From: Thermoprotei archaeon
Lineage (GTDB): Archaea > Thermoproteota > Thermoprotei > Thermofilales > B20-G17
DNA: 39,956 nucleotides
NCBI GenBank assembly: GCA_003649515.1
Contig: QMSC01000001.1
Location: 1-39,956 of the forward strand
Direction of reading: 5' to 3'
Position 1 is the stretch's first letter. Each line of letters begins with the position of its first letter. The notes under the pieces are model-generated. The model searched no databases and was not told the DNA's origin. It saw nothing but the letters and a program-made list of their open reading frames with translations. The translations under genes were made by a program, and so were the position numbers. This document shows positions 9,686 through 18,957 of this stretch, in pieces.

Positions 9686-9904
9686 ATGCCTAGAAGGATG
9701 ACAAGCAGGATTCAGGATAGGAAGAGAGAAATTTATAACCTTCTGCTTGAGAAAGGTGAGTTACCCACATCCGAGATTGCAAGAATTACTGGTTTGACGC
9801 ACTCTCAGGCCTTTTACGCTTTAAGACTATTATCGAGGGATGGGAAAGTAGAGGAGATACGGAGAGGAAAGGTTGCTTACTGGAGGGCAATAAAGGAGGG
9901 ATAG
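9686..9904 (+). CDS. Small winged helix-turn-helix DNA-binding protein
   Basis: IYNLL..KGELPTSEIARITGLTHSQAFYALRLL...GKV wHTH pattern; AGGTG RBS before ATG 9686. Confidence 0.8.
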   Translation: MPRRMTSRIQDRKREIYNLLLEKGELPTSEIARITGLTHSQAFYALRLLSRDGKVEEIRRGKVAYWRAIKEG

Positions 9905-9906
9905 CA

Positions 9907-10023
9907 TTGGGCGGAAGGCAAAGGACGTCAATATTCTTCGATGTAGAGGAGAAGAAGGAGACAAAAGAAAAGAGGGAGAAAGCCTCTCGTGAGAAGAAAG
10001 GGCAAAGGAAAAAGCGAAGGTGA
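9907..10023 (+). CDS. Putative 38-aa highly charged/basic small protein (not in ORF track)
   Basis: GGAGGG RBS (9895-9900) 6 nt before TTG 9907. Translates to MGGRQRTSIFFDVEEKKETKEKREKASREKKGQRKKRR; stop TGA at 10021-10023. Confidence 0.45.
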   Translation: MGGRQRTSIFFDVEEKKETKEKREKASREKKGQRKKRR

Positions 10024-10894
10024 GTATAAGTATCCCTTACGTGATAAACCTGCAGTTACCATAGCCATACCTACAGCGATAGTAGAAAACATTCCTCTAC
10101 TCGAGAAAACCATAAAACTAGCGTATGTAGCTCGCTTTGCTACAATATTTCGCGTTGAGGAGATTCACATATACCGTGATCCCTACGATAATTCTCCAGA
10201 GGAGAACTTTCGCTTAATAGAGATAATCTTAAGGTATGCTGCGACCCCACCTTATTTAAAAAGGAAACTGTTTAAGAGAAAACGTGCGCTTAGATATGCA
10301 GGCATTTTACCTCCCTTAAAAACTCCTGATCACCAGCCCAAAATTGACCTTGAAAAGATCACCAGGCTAGATGCTTATAGAAAAGGTCTTGTAGTCGGCT
10401 TTAGGAAAGGAGGAGTGCTCGTAGACATAGGACTCGATAAGCCCATAATCGCTGCAGGAAGAGCGCCTCCTGGCGCCCAAGTGAGCGTTCACATTGTTAA
10501 GAGGGGAAAAGCCCTTCGAGCAAGAATAGTATCCGAGGAAAAAGTACCGCTATACTGGGGCTTTCGTACAATAGGTCTTCTGTCTTTGCGTGAACTTCTA
10601 AATAGATTCAGCAATAAGGGGACTCTTACAATAGCTACATCAAAGCATGGACAAAATATTATTGAGGTATTACCCAAACTTCAGAGCGCTATAAAGAAGA
10701 ACAAAAAAATTCTAGTGCTCTTCGGTTCACCTGAACACGGGCTATATCAGATCTTTGAAAAGGAAAACCTAAGCTTAGAGGATTCTGTTAACTGGGTTGT
10801 GAACTTCGTACCCCATCAGGGAACTGAAACCATACGCACGGAAGAAGCTATAGGGATATGTCTCGCAATAATAAACGTTCTTAAGTGCTCGTAA
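9989..10894 (+). CDS. SPOUT-class RNA methyltransferase (SPOUT1/DUF171/MTH1 family)
   Basis: AR.A.IFRV.EI.IY, TPPYLKR.LF, L.YAG.LPPL.TP.H, FGSP..G, N.VP.QGT.TIRTEEA; usual position upstream of rpl3. Confidence 0.92.
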   Translation: MRRKGKGKSEGEYKYPLRDKPAVTIAIPTAIVENIPLLEKTIKLAYVARFATIFRVEEIHIYRDPYDNSPEENFRLIEIILRYAATPPYLKRKLFKRKRALRYAGILPPLKTPDHQPKIDLEKITRLDAYRKGLVVGFRKGGVLVDIGLDKPIIAAGRAPPGAQVSVHIVKRGKALRARIVSEEKVPLYWGFRTIGLLSLRELLNRFSNKGTLTIATSKHGQNIIEVLPKLQSAIKKNKKILVLFGSPEHGLYQIFEKENLSLEDSVNWVVNFVPHQGTETIRTEEAIGICLAIINVLKCS

Positions 10895-10902
10895 CCTTTT
10901 GA

Positions 10903-10918
10903 CGAAAACCTTAAATAA
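10903..10918 (+). promoter_or_regulatory. BRE/TATA promoter for the rpl3 block
   Basis: CGAAAACCTTAAATAA; GGAGG RBS before ATG 10960. Confidence 0.65.
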
Positions 10919-10959
10919 CATAGCATGGATGGTGAAGAAGGACTGGAGGACGCGCCGGA

Positions 10960-12105
10960 ATGGTTGGCGGTACACGGCCTCGCAGAGGCTCAATGGGATT
11001 TTACCCCAGGAAGAGAGCAAAAAGCATAGTTGCGCGTATAAGAAGATGGAGAAGAATAGATGACCCAAAACCTCTCGGCTTCGCAGGATATAAGGTTGGC
11101 ATGCTCCACCTGGTGATGCTTGAGGATAATCCCAATAGTCCGTATTACCAAAAGGAGATGGCAAAGGCAGCTACCATTATCGAAGTACCTCCATTAGTCG
11201 TATGCGGTATAAGAGCTTACAAGAAAACACCGTATGGACTCAAAACCATAGGGGAGATATGGGCTAAAGAAGTACTATTTTCCAGTGTGAGAAAGAAGAT
11301 AGAAGATGCCCTGAAGAAGGCTAGGAGCAAAGAGGAAAAGAGGAAAGTGCTAGCAAAGTTAGATTATAAAATAGTCTTTAAAGACCTAGAAAGAGTATTT
11401 ACTCTGCCGAAATTGGATACTAAATCCGAATCCGAGAAAGTGGACATAGAGAAGCTATACAGCAACCTCATAGAGAAGTTTAGACAGAAAGCTTCAACTG
11501 CCAATGAAATAAGGTTAATTGTCGCTACCCAACCTCGAAAGGCCGGAATTCACAAGAAGAAGCCAGAAGTATTTGAAATACCTGTTGGGGGAAGCACACA
11601 GGAAGCATTGGAATACTCGCTAAATAAGCTGGGCAAGGAGATTGACGTAAAAGAGGTATTTGAAGAAGGAAAGTACGTAGACGTAGTCTCCATAACTAAA
11701 GGGAAGGGATTTGCTGGCGTAGTAAAACGCTTTGGTGTAAAAATACTGCCGAGATGGCACAAGCACCGTAAGGGTCATAGAAGAATAGGCTCTGTAGGCC
11801 CTACAGGTCCAGCAATAATGTTCACAACTCCTAGACCTGGGCAGTTGGGCTTCCAGCAAAGAACAGAATATAACAAGCGCATACTTAAAATAGGGACCGC
11901 CCCTGAAGACATTAATCCTTTAAGCGGCTTCAAACACTACGGTATCATAAGGAGCACTTTCATGATAATTGAAGGGAGCATTCCGGGACCATCTAAGAGG
12001 CTCGTTAGATTACGTTTCCCTATTCGTCCTATTACCGGAATGCCTGAAAATCCTCCGAAAATCTTGTACATGAGCACTCAACCCGTCAGCGTTCCAGCGA
12101 GGTGA
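10960..12105 (+). CDS. rpl3: 50S ribosomal protein L3 (uL3)
   Basis: PRRGS.GFYPRKRA, FAGYKVGM.H, TKGKGF.GVVKRFG, GQLGFQQRTEYNKR. Confidence 0.97.
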   Translation: MVGGTRPRRGSMGFYPRKRAKSIVARIRRWRRIDDPKPLGFAGYKVGMLHLVMLEDNPNSPYYQKEMAKAATIIEVPPLVVCGIRAYKKTPYGLKTIGEIWAKEVLFSSVRKKIEDALKKARSKEEKRKVLAKLDYKIVFKDLERVFTLPKLDTKSESEKVDIEKLYSNLIEKFRQKASTANEIRLIVATQPRKAGIHKKKPEVFEIPVGGSTQEALEYSLNKLGKEIDVKEVFEEGKYVDVVSITKGKGFAGVVKRFGVKILPRWHKHRKGHRRIGSVGPTGPAIMFTTPRPGQLGFQQRTEYNKRILKIGTAPEDINPLSGFKHYGIIRSTFMIIEGSIPGPSKRLVRLRFPIRPITGMPENPPKILYMSTQPVSVPAR

Positions 12106-12110
12106 TGTAA

Positions 12111-12923
12111 ATGGAAATCACAACTGCACCTTTCTTAAAACTAGAGGGAAAAGTCCCTGAGCGGATACCTGTTTACAGTCTGGAGGGAAAGAAGCTGAAG
12201 GAGATAGAAACTCCAAAGGTCTTCTATACTCCTGTAAGGAAAGACCTGATACTTAAAGTGTTCCTAGCCTTACGAACAAGTAGATTACAACCTAAGGGCG
12301 TTGATCCTCTAGCCGGGAAACGCACAACCGCAGAAAGTTGGGGCGTAGGCTATGGTGTTGCAAGAGTTCCGAGAATAAAGGGCTCCACACGCGCAGCCTT
12401 TGTACCGCAGGCAGTAGGTGGAAGAAGATTCGGAGCTCCTACAACGCTCAAGAGAATAAGAGAAAGGATCAACCGGGTTGAAAAGCGACTAGCTCTCGCT
12501 TCAGCTATAGCTGCAACTGCTATAAAGGAAATTGTAAGGACTAGAGGGCATAGAATTCCGGAAAAAATAGACCTTCCTATAGTTTTAGAGGATAGACTAG
12601 AGGAGATAGATAAGACCAAGAAGCTCAGAGAAGTACTTAAAAAGCTCACGCTCTGGAGTGATATTGAAAGAGCAAGGAAAGGAGTAAAAATTAGGGCTGG
12701 TAAAGGGAAGATGAGAGGAAGGCGTTATAAGGTTCCTAAGAGCATACTGCTGGTCGTTACAGATACAGAAAATATCAGAAAAGCTGCACGTAACTTGGTG
12801 GGCGTTGACGTGGTTAACGTACATAAGCTCAACGTGGAGCTTCTCGCCCCTGGAGGACATCCCGGAAGACTCACTGTATGGACCGAATCTGCAGTAAAGA
12901 CCCTTGCTGAAAAATTTGGGTGA
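12111..12923 (+). CDS. rpl4: 50S ribosomal protein L4 (uL4)
   Basis: AGKRTTAESWG.G.GVARVPR, RAGKGKMRGRRY, LLAPGGHPGRLT.WT. Confidence 0.97.
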   Translation: MEITTAPFLKLEGKVPERIPVYSLEGKKLKEIETPKVFYTPVRKDLILKVFLALRTSRLQPKGVDPLAGKRTTAESWGVGYGVARVPRIKGSTRAAFVPQAVGGRRFGAPTTLKRIRERINRVEKRLALASAIAATAIKEIVRTRGHRIPEKIDLPIVLEDRLEEIDKTKKLREVLKKLTLWSDIERARKGVKIRAGKGKMRGRRYKVPKSILLVVTDTENIRKAARNLVGVDVVNVHKLNVELLAPGGHPGRLTVWTESAVKTLAEKFG

Positions 12924-12929
12924 TCTCAT

Positions 12930-13190
12930 ATGGATCCCTTCAAGGTAATAATTAGACCAGTAGTAACAGAAAAAGCAATAGCCAAGATAGAAAAGGACAA
13001 TACTCTAACTTTAATAGTAGATAGAAAAGCCACAAAACACCAGATCAAAAGAGCCGTAGAGGAAATCTTTGGAGTAAAAGTAGAGAAGATAAATACTCTC
13101 ATATCTCCTAAGGGTTATAAAAAAGCCTATGTAAAACTTAAGCCCGAGTACAAGGCATCAGACATCGCCTCTAGGCTAGGCATACTTTAA
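12930..13190 (+). CDS. rpl23: 50S ribosomal protein L23 (uL23)
   Basis: P.VTEKA, ATK.QIK.AVE..FGVKV.KINT, KKAYVKL. Confidence 0.97.
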   Translation: MDPFKVIIRPVVTEKAIAKIEKDNTLTLIVDRKATKHQIKRAVEEIFGVKVEKINTLISPKGYKKAYVKLKPEYKASDIASRLGIL

Positions 13191-13420
13191 TCTCTCTTTC
13201 GATGTTTTGACAAAAGGCTTGACCTTTTAAGAGTTATCGTTTCCAGTTTAGAGTTAGATCACAATCCTGATCTCGCTAGCTCAAGAAGACTAATGAGATC
13301 TCTTAGTAACAGGGGGATAGAGGAATCTTAAACGTGAGTCAAGCTCTTAAAAGCCTTAGTGATTTGCTCCACGGCAAGAAAAAAGACACGTTCGAAACAT
13401 GAAGTTACGAGATAGAAGAA

Positions 13421-13436
13421 CGGTAAACTTTATTAA
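13421..13436 (+). promoter_or_regulatory. Probable internal promoter for rpl2
   Basis: CGGTAAACTTTATTAA about 32 nt upstream of ATG 13468. Confidence 0.55.
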
Positions 13437-13467
13437 CTAACCCTATGCAAAGGAGTTTGGGATTGCA

Positions 13468-14202
13468 ATGGGTAAGAGATTAATAGTTCAGCGTCGAGGA
13501 CGAGGAGGCTCAGTCTTCAGACATCCAGGATGGAAAAAGGTAGGGGCTATTAGGTATAGACCTTATAATGAAGAAGAGTTCCGCGAAAAAGTTCTGCGTG
13601 GCAGAGTTGTCGACCTACTTCACGATCCTGGAAGAGGAGTTCCAGTAGCGAGAATAATCTTCGAGGATGGAACAGAAATGTTCAATGTGGCGTCCGAAGG
13701 GCTCGCTTTAGGCACTATAGTATACTACGGTAGAAAGGCACCACAGAACTTGGGTAGCATATTACCAGTGGGTAGAATATCTGAAGGATCCTACATATGC
13801 AACGTTGAACTCAAACCTGGAGATGGAGGGAAAATCGCTCGCGCTAGCGGAACCTATGCTATAGTATTAGCCCATTCCGCTAATACCACAACAATACAGT
13901 TACCATCTGGAAAAGTTAAGGAAATAGACTCTAGATGCAGGGCTACGATCGGCATAGTGGCTGGTGGAGGACGAATAGAAAAACCCTTCCTGAAGGCAGG
14001 AAAAGTTTATCATCTTTCCAAATCAAAGGCCTGGAAGTATCCTACAGTGAGAGGGAAAGCCATGAACGCGTACGCTCACCCACATGGCGGCGGAAGCCAT
14101 AAAAGCAGGCGTAGAGGATCCACTCCTAAGCCAAGAACCGCTCCTCCAGGGCAGAAAGTGGGACACTTCGCCTCAAAACGTACTGGTCGAAGGAAAGGTT
14201 AG
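13468..14202 (+). CDS. rpl2: 50S ribosomal protein L2 (uL2)
   Basis: MGKR...QRRGRG, HDPGR, GDGGKIARASG, VRGKAMN...HPHGGG. Confidence 0.97.
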   Translation: MGKRLIVQRRGRGGSVFRHPGWKKVGAIRYRPYNEEEFREKVLRGRVVDLLHDPGRGVPVARIIFEDGTEMFNVASEGLALGTIVYYGRKAPQNLGSILPVGRISEGSYICNVELKPGDGGKIARASGTYAIVLAHSANTTTIQLPSGKVKEIDSRCRATIGIVAGGGRIEKPFLKAGKVYHLSKSKAWKYPTVRGKAMNAYAHPHGGGSHKSRRRGSTPKPRTAPPGQKVGHFASKRTGRRKG

Positions 14203-14245
14203 TTTTCAAAAAATTAAAATAATTGCGGAATAATGTTATGGAGGG

Positions 14246-14665
14246 ATGCTTGTGAGTAGCAGGGAGTTTAAGTATAGGGGATATACGCTTCAAGAACTAC
14301 TTAACATGCCAATAGACGAGGTCATAAAGTTGTTACCGTCAAGACAGAGAAGAAGCCTGCTTAGAGGATTAACGCCAGAGCAAAAGAAGCTACTAGAGAA
14401 AGTTAGAAAAGCTAAGAAAATGCTCGAAACCACCGGAAAGGTAAAAATGACTATAAGAACCTACTGTAGAGACATGATTATACTGCCAGAAATGGTCGGA
14501 CTCGTGATCCACGTTTACAATGGAAAGGAATTTGTTCCTGTAAAAATTGTACCTGAAATGATAGGGCACTATTTAGGCGAATTTGCACTGACCACGGCGA
14601 TTGTAAAACATGGAGCTCCTGGTCTTAAAGCCACCCGAAGCTCCATGTACGTACCACTAAAGTAG
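14246..14665 (+). CDS. rps19: 30S ribosomal protein S19 (uS19)
   Basis: [43 protein letters not shown]. Confidence 0.97.
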   Translation: MLVSSREFKYRGYTLQELLNMPIDEVIKLLPSRQRRSLLRGLTPEQKKLLEKVRKAKKMLETTGKVKMTIRTYCRDMIILPEMVGLVIHVYNGKEFVPVKIVPEMIGHYLGEFALTTAIVKHGAPGLKATRSSMYVPLK

Positions 14666-14677
14666 AGGTGTTAGGGC

Positions 14678-15070
14678 GTGGGCGTCTATCAGGGAAATGA
14701 TTTAAGAAAGCCGAGTGGAGGACTGAAAGGTAGACATAGAAAAGTTAAGCGTAAATATGAGCTCGGACGCTACCCCACAGAAACGCTACTTGAAGGAAAG
14801 GAGCAAAGAAACACTATAAGAGTACGAGGAGGAAATGTGAAAGTACGTCTTGTTCGCGCTGTCTACGCTAACGTCAACATACCATCCACAGGAGAGACGA
14901 AAAAAGTTCGAATAATTAAAGTACTAAAGAACCCTGCAAACCGGGATTATGATAGACGAGGGATTATAACTCGCGGAACACTTCTCCAAACAGAAATTGG
15001 AATTGTACGTGTTGTATCTAGACCGGGCCAGGACGGGGTCATTAACGCCATTTTAGAGGAAGAACGCTAA
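14678..15070 (+). CDS. rps8e: 30S ribosomal protein S8e (eS8)
   Basis: RKPSGG, KRKYELGR, RVRGGN.K.R, SRPGQDGVINA. Confidence 0.97.
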   Translation: MGVYQGNDLRKPSGGLKGRHRKVKRKYELGRYPTETLLEGKEQRNTIRVRGGNVKVRLVRAVYANVNIPSTGETKKVRIIKVLKNPANRDYDRRGIITRGTLLQTEIGIVRVVSRPGQDGVINAILEEER

Positions 15071-15085
15071 AATAGGATTCTGATC

Positions 15086-15388
15086 ATGCGCAATAGGGAC
15101 TACTATATTCTATGGCCTGTATATTTTGACAAAAATAGAAGTAGAAGGGAGGGAAGAAGAGTCCCTCTAAACTTAGCAGTGGAAAATCCTAGTGTTGACG
15201 AGATCTCCTTTGCCGTTAAGAAAATGGGTTTAGAGCCCGTTGTTGAAAGAGATAAAGCTCATCCGACTACATGGTTTGAACTAAAGGGAAGAGTACTCGT
15301 AAGGAAAGACTCATACAAGTTTAACAAAAATCACCTAGTTAGGAATGTGGGCAAAATTCTTTGCGAAATGAGACGTAGGAGGAAATAA
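15086..15388 (+). CDS. srp19: Signal recognition particle protein SRP19
   Basis: ILWPVYFD...SRREGRRVP..LAVENP, K.HP..W....GRV.V. Confidence 0.95.
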   Translation: MRNRDYYILWPVYFDKNRSRREGRRVPLNLAVENPSVDEISFAVKKMGLEPVVERDKAHPTTWFELKGRVLVRKDSYKFNKNHLVRNVGKILCEMRRRRK

Positions 15389-15398
15389 TTCTAGCAAA

Positions 15399-17336
15399 TT
15401 AATCATCATACCTTGAAAGAAATACCCTGAGCCTCTCCCTGATAACCTGGTTGACTAAGCTTCCATCAGCTCTTCCTGATACCCTTCTCATAACCTCCCC
15501 CATTAACATTCCCAATGCTCGTTCACGAAGCTTCATTATGGCCTCTTTCTTCTCTTCAAATACCTCTGTCACTATTTTCTCTAATTCATCTCTTTCAAGA
15601 GCTTTAAGGTTTAGCTCTTCTACGGCTTCCAGAACAGTTTTCGAAGGATTCCTAGCAAGGTATTCGATGATTTTAGGAATTGCTTCCTTTACTATCTCCC
15701 CCTCATTTAATAAAGAAAACAGGCTATCAAATACTTCGTCTTCCAGCTCATCTACTGGCACACCCTCTCTCCTCAAACTTTTCAAAGTATTTTCGAAAGT
15801 CGCTGCTATCACCCTAGGAGGCACATTGGGGTACTTCTCTACAAGCCTTTCGAATGAATCCAAGTAATACGAGGATATCATTTGCTCGGCAAGGTTTTTA
15901 CTCAATCCATAGTCCTTAACAAACTTCTGAAGTTTAACATCTAGGGGTTCCGGTAATTGCCTTTTAATCTCGTTTAGAAACTCCTCCGTTATTCGCCTAG
16001 GCCTTATATCGGTCTCCGGGTACATCCTCGCTGCTCCAGGTCGGGGTCTTGAATAGTGCGTCGTTCCATCAGGATTGGGTCCACGCGTTTCTTCAGGAAC
16101 ACCTTCAAGTGCCTCAATACATCTATCAATAACGGCGTTAAGAGCCTCGATCACCTTGCTACGCTCATCAGCTATGAGTACGAAAGCGTCTTTCTCTCCA
16201 AGATTTAGCCTCTCAGACACTTTCCTTACCTCCTCCTCACTTATTCCATAGGCTGGAAGCTCATCGCTATGGAAGATGCCTCCTACACCACCCCAAAAGC
16301 GGGCCCTATCAGCTAGCTCAGTTGCAAACCTCCTTCCAGGCTGTATTTCATATCCCAGTATCCCCTTAAATCTAGACAACTTCACGGCCAGCACACATCC
16401 TCCCTTCTTGAGCGCCCTTCTAATCACGCGGCACTTAGTTCCCTCAAAGATGTCCGTAACGTCTACAAAGTCTCTTTTAAGATGCTCCTTAACAACTCCT
16501 CTTTCCCTTAACATATCACGAATATTAAGTAGATTGTATTGACGTAGAACCTCGTACTCCACAACTTTTCTAATCAGACCTAGTTTTTGAACACCCTTGA
16601 TCTCTATTTTTGCTCCGCCCTTTATTGATATATTAATATCCTGTCGGATAGTGCCTATTCCTCGTTTAACCTTTTTAGTCAGCCTTAACAACTGTCCTAT
16701 CTTTAAGGCTACTTTCTCAGCCTCTTCAGGAGATGAAATCACAGGCGCTGTTGCTATTTCGATAAGCGGTACGCCTAATCTATCCAATCTATACGTAACT
16801 TTAGTAGCGTCTTCAGATACTTTTCGAGCAGCGTCTTCTTCAAGACATATCGTTTGAATAGGAATCTTCTTACCGTCCACTTCCATGGATCCTCCTAATG
16901 CCACGAGGGCTGTTCTCTGGAAACCCGTAGTGTTAGACCCATCAATCACAGTCTTCCTCATAACATATACTTCATCTACGGGCTGGGAATTTAGCATAAG
17001 TGCCACTGTTAGGACTATTCTTAACGCCTCATAATTTAGGTCGTGAGGCGGCTCCTCGTCCATTTCGACTAGACATGACGCGTTATCAAAGTGATGGTAT
17101 TCGTAAACCCTTCCACGTTTAAACTCAAATAATGCAGCGGGGTCCACTTCCCCTAGTTCACTCGTTGTAGGCCTAAGCCTCCTTTTAAAGAGATAATCAG
17201 CATCGGCATCAGCTGGCATGAGATTCGGCGGACAGTTGCAGAAGAGTTTTTCACGAGTATCAAGCATTTGGTGAAATTCTAGACCTACTCTCAGTCCCAG
17301 GCTTTTATAATTTAACTTCACTTTCACGATCCTCAC
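15399..17336 (-). CDS. gatE: Glu-tRNA(Gln) amidotransferase subunit GatE
   Basis: GLEFHQ.L.T..KLFC.C, DEEPPH, DGSNTTGFQRT, LEEDAAR, RGIGTIRQD.N, PGAARMYPETD. Confidence 0.97.
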   Translation of the reverse strand: MRIVKVKLNYKSLGLRVGLEFHQMLDTREKLFCNCPPNLMPADADADYLFKRRLRPTTSELGEVDPAALFEFKRGRVYEYHHFDNASCLVEMDEEPPHDLNYEALRIVLTVALMLNSQPVDEVYVMRKTVIDGSNTTGFQRTALVALGGSMEVDGKKIPIQTICLEEDAARKVSEDATKVTYRLDRLGVPLIEIATAPVISSPEEAEKVALKIGQLLRLTKKVKRGIGTIRQDINISIKGGAKIEIKGVQKLGLIRKVVEYEVLRQYNLLNIRDMLRERGVVKEHLKRDFVDVTDIFEGTKCRVIRRALKKGGCVLAVKLSRFKGILGYEIQPGRRFATELADRARFWGGVGGIFHSDELPAYGISEEEVRKVSERLNLGEKDAFVLIADERSKVIEALNAVIDRCIEALEGVPEETRGPNPDGTTHYSRPRPGAARMYPETDIRPRRITEEFLNEIKRQLPEPLDVKLQKFVKDYGLSKNLAEQMISSYYLDSFERLVEKYPNVPPRVIAATFENTLKSLRREGVPVDELEDEVFDSLFSLLNEGEIVKEAIPKIIEYLARNPSKTVLEAVEELNLKALERDELEKIVTEVFEEKKEAIMKLRERALGMLMGEVMRRVSGRADGSLVNQVIRERLRVFLSRYDD

Positions 17337-18304
17337 CGATATCTCAATTCCCTGTATATCTCTATGGCCCTAGTTAAGTTAATTGTTTCCCTCCGGCTTG
17401 CGAGAATGATCGTGTCCTCCATTTGAGATACCATGCCAGCAGAACGTTCCACGAGAACAGGATAACCTGTGATAGCTTTATAATTAGCAAGCTTGGCTAT
17501 CACCTCATCCACTTGGCTGCGTCCTATCAATCTTGCCAACCATCTCTTGGCGAAGGGAAGGGATCTGAAGCTGCTCCATACCTTTTTTATGATTTCATTC
17601 GCCTTCTTATCCCTCTTAACCCTCTTAAGACTGGATAAGCGGAATATGGTGACAACATTCCCCTCCACGACCTCACCTACTCCATTTGTGGCGAAAGGCT
17701 CTATCGCGTAAACTTCTCCTGTTCTCGAAACTACGTTAGGGTAGCCTATTCCAGTGTTGGGTACGCTCTTACCTGCGTGTAAATTGTATCTATCAATGAG
17801 ATGCCCACTCAGGTTTCTTATCGGGTTAAAGCCCATTTTGGTAATCTCCCTTTCTATAACTACGCCTATTTCCTGCAGAGGCTTGAAGGGTTTCATAGCC
17901 CTAATAGCTGCTACCAGTGCGTTATAAGCAGCGTCTACAAGCTCTAGGTAGTCGACTCCCAAAGGTATTGAAAGCGCTGCATCTGCTATGAATCCATCAA
18001 CATGTACGCCTATATCAACCTTAACAATACCTTTTCTGGGTACTGTTAGCTCATCCTCTATATCGGCCGTATAGTGGGCGGCAACTTGGTTGATGGAAAT
18101 ATTTACAGGGAAGGCAGGTCTTGCACCGCTATTTATAATGAACCCCTCCAGTTTCTCGCATATCTCAAGTACAGGTTTATCTTCTTCAACGAGATTAAGA
18201 GCGAGCTTTAAAGCCTTATAAACGACCTTACCAGCCCTCCTGTAGCAGTCAAGCACCATGTCAGTCAACTCCGCAATTGATAGCTCCCAAGTTTCGATAT
18301 CCAA
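17333..18304 (-). CDS. map: Methionine aminopeptidase, type II
   Basis: AFP.N.S.N.VAAHYT, KVDIGVHVDG.IAD.A, NLSGH, AIEPFAT, SQ.E.T. Confidence 0.95.
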   Translation of the reverse strand: MDIETWELSIAELTDMVLDCYRRAGKVVYKALKLALNLVEEDKPVLEICEKLEGFIINSGARPAFPVNISINQVAAHYTADIEDELTVPRKGIVKVDIGVHVDGFIADAALSIPLGVDYLELVDAAYNALVAAIRAMKPFKPLQEIGVVIEREITKMGFNPIRNLSGHLIDRYNLHAGKSVPNTGIGYPNVVSRTGEVYAIEPFATNGVGEVVEGNVVTIFRLSSLKRVKRDKKANEIIKKVWSSFRSLPFAKRWLARLIGRSQVDEVIAKLANYKAITGYPVLVERSAGMVSQMEDTIILASRRETINLTRAIEIYRELRYR

Positions 18305-18358
18305 TTACAGACCCATCTATTTTAAAATAGCTATAGGCTTTTAGTATAGGGGAATATA

Positions 18359-18949
18359 TTGAACATCTCCCAGATAGTTAGGAAGTTGGCAGAATTTCTC
18401 GATAGAAAGGACTCTACACGAGAAATTCTTGTACAGAATGCAAGGGATATCATAAGGCATTCTAAAGATGCCTTGAAGCACATGTATTTAGGCAATATGT
18501 CAGAATCTCGCGCAGTACTCGAGAAAATGAGGAAATTATGTGCAGAGCTAAAAAGCCTAGTAAAGGAATATCCCGACTTGCTTTATGGAGGACTGATGGT
18601 AAACGCGCTAACGGAGTACATCGAAGCCGAGATAGTTTATTCAATACTTACACGTGGGATTGATATACCGGCTCCGGAAGACCTGGACGTGGACCCTGTA
18701 CCCTATGTACTAGGACTAGCCGACGCCCTTAGTGAACTCCGAAGGTTCATACTTGAATACCTTCGTAGAGGGGATGTTGAAAGCGCGGAAAAGTTGCTGA
18801 ACTGTATGGAGGAAATATTTCTTGAAATAAGTACTCTGCAATACCCCGAGGGACTTTTACCAGGCTTCAGAAGAAAATGCGATATCATTAGACGCCTCAT
18901 AGACGAGACTAAGAGCGATATTATATTTGTGAAAACTAGAAGAAAGTAG
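18359..18949 (+). CDS. Translin/TRAX-family (C3PO-like) protein
   Basis: RE......R.IIR.S, EYIEA, YVLGLAD...ELRR, FRRKCD..R. Confidence 0.88.
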   Translation: MNISQIVRKLAEFLDRKDSTREILVQNARDIIRHSKDALKHMYLGNMSESRAVLEKMRKLCAELKSLVKEYPDLLYGGLMVNALTEYIEAEIVYSILTRGIDIPAPEDLDVDPVPYVLGLADALSELRRFILEYLRRGDVESAEKLLNCMEEIFLEISTLQYPEGLLPGFRRKCDIIRRLIDETKSDIIFVKTRRK

Positions 18950-18957
18950 GGGAGCCG

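Noticed and set aside
13188..13331. 46 open codons in frame after the rpl23 TAA (possible readthrough)
   Set aside because: uL23 ends at its normal RLGIL terminus; TAA is followed by a pyrimidine tract; no recoding signal; expected by chance.
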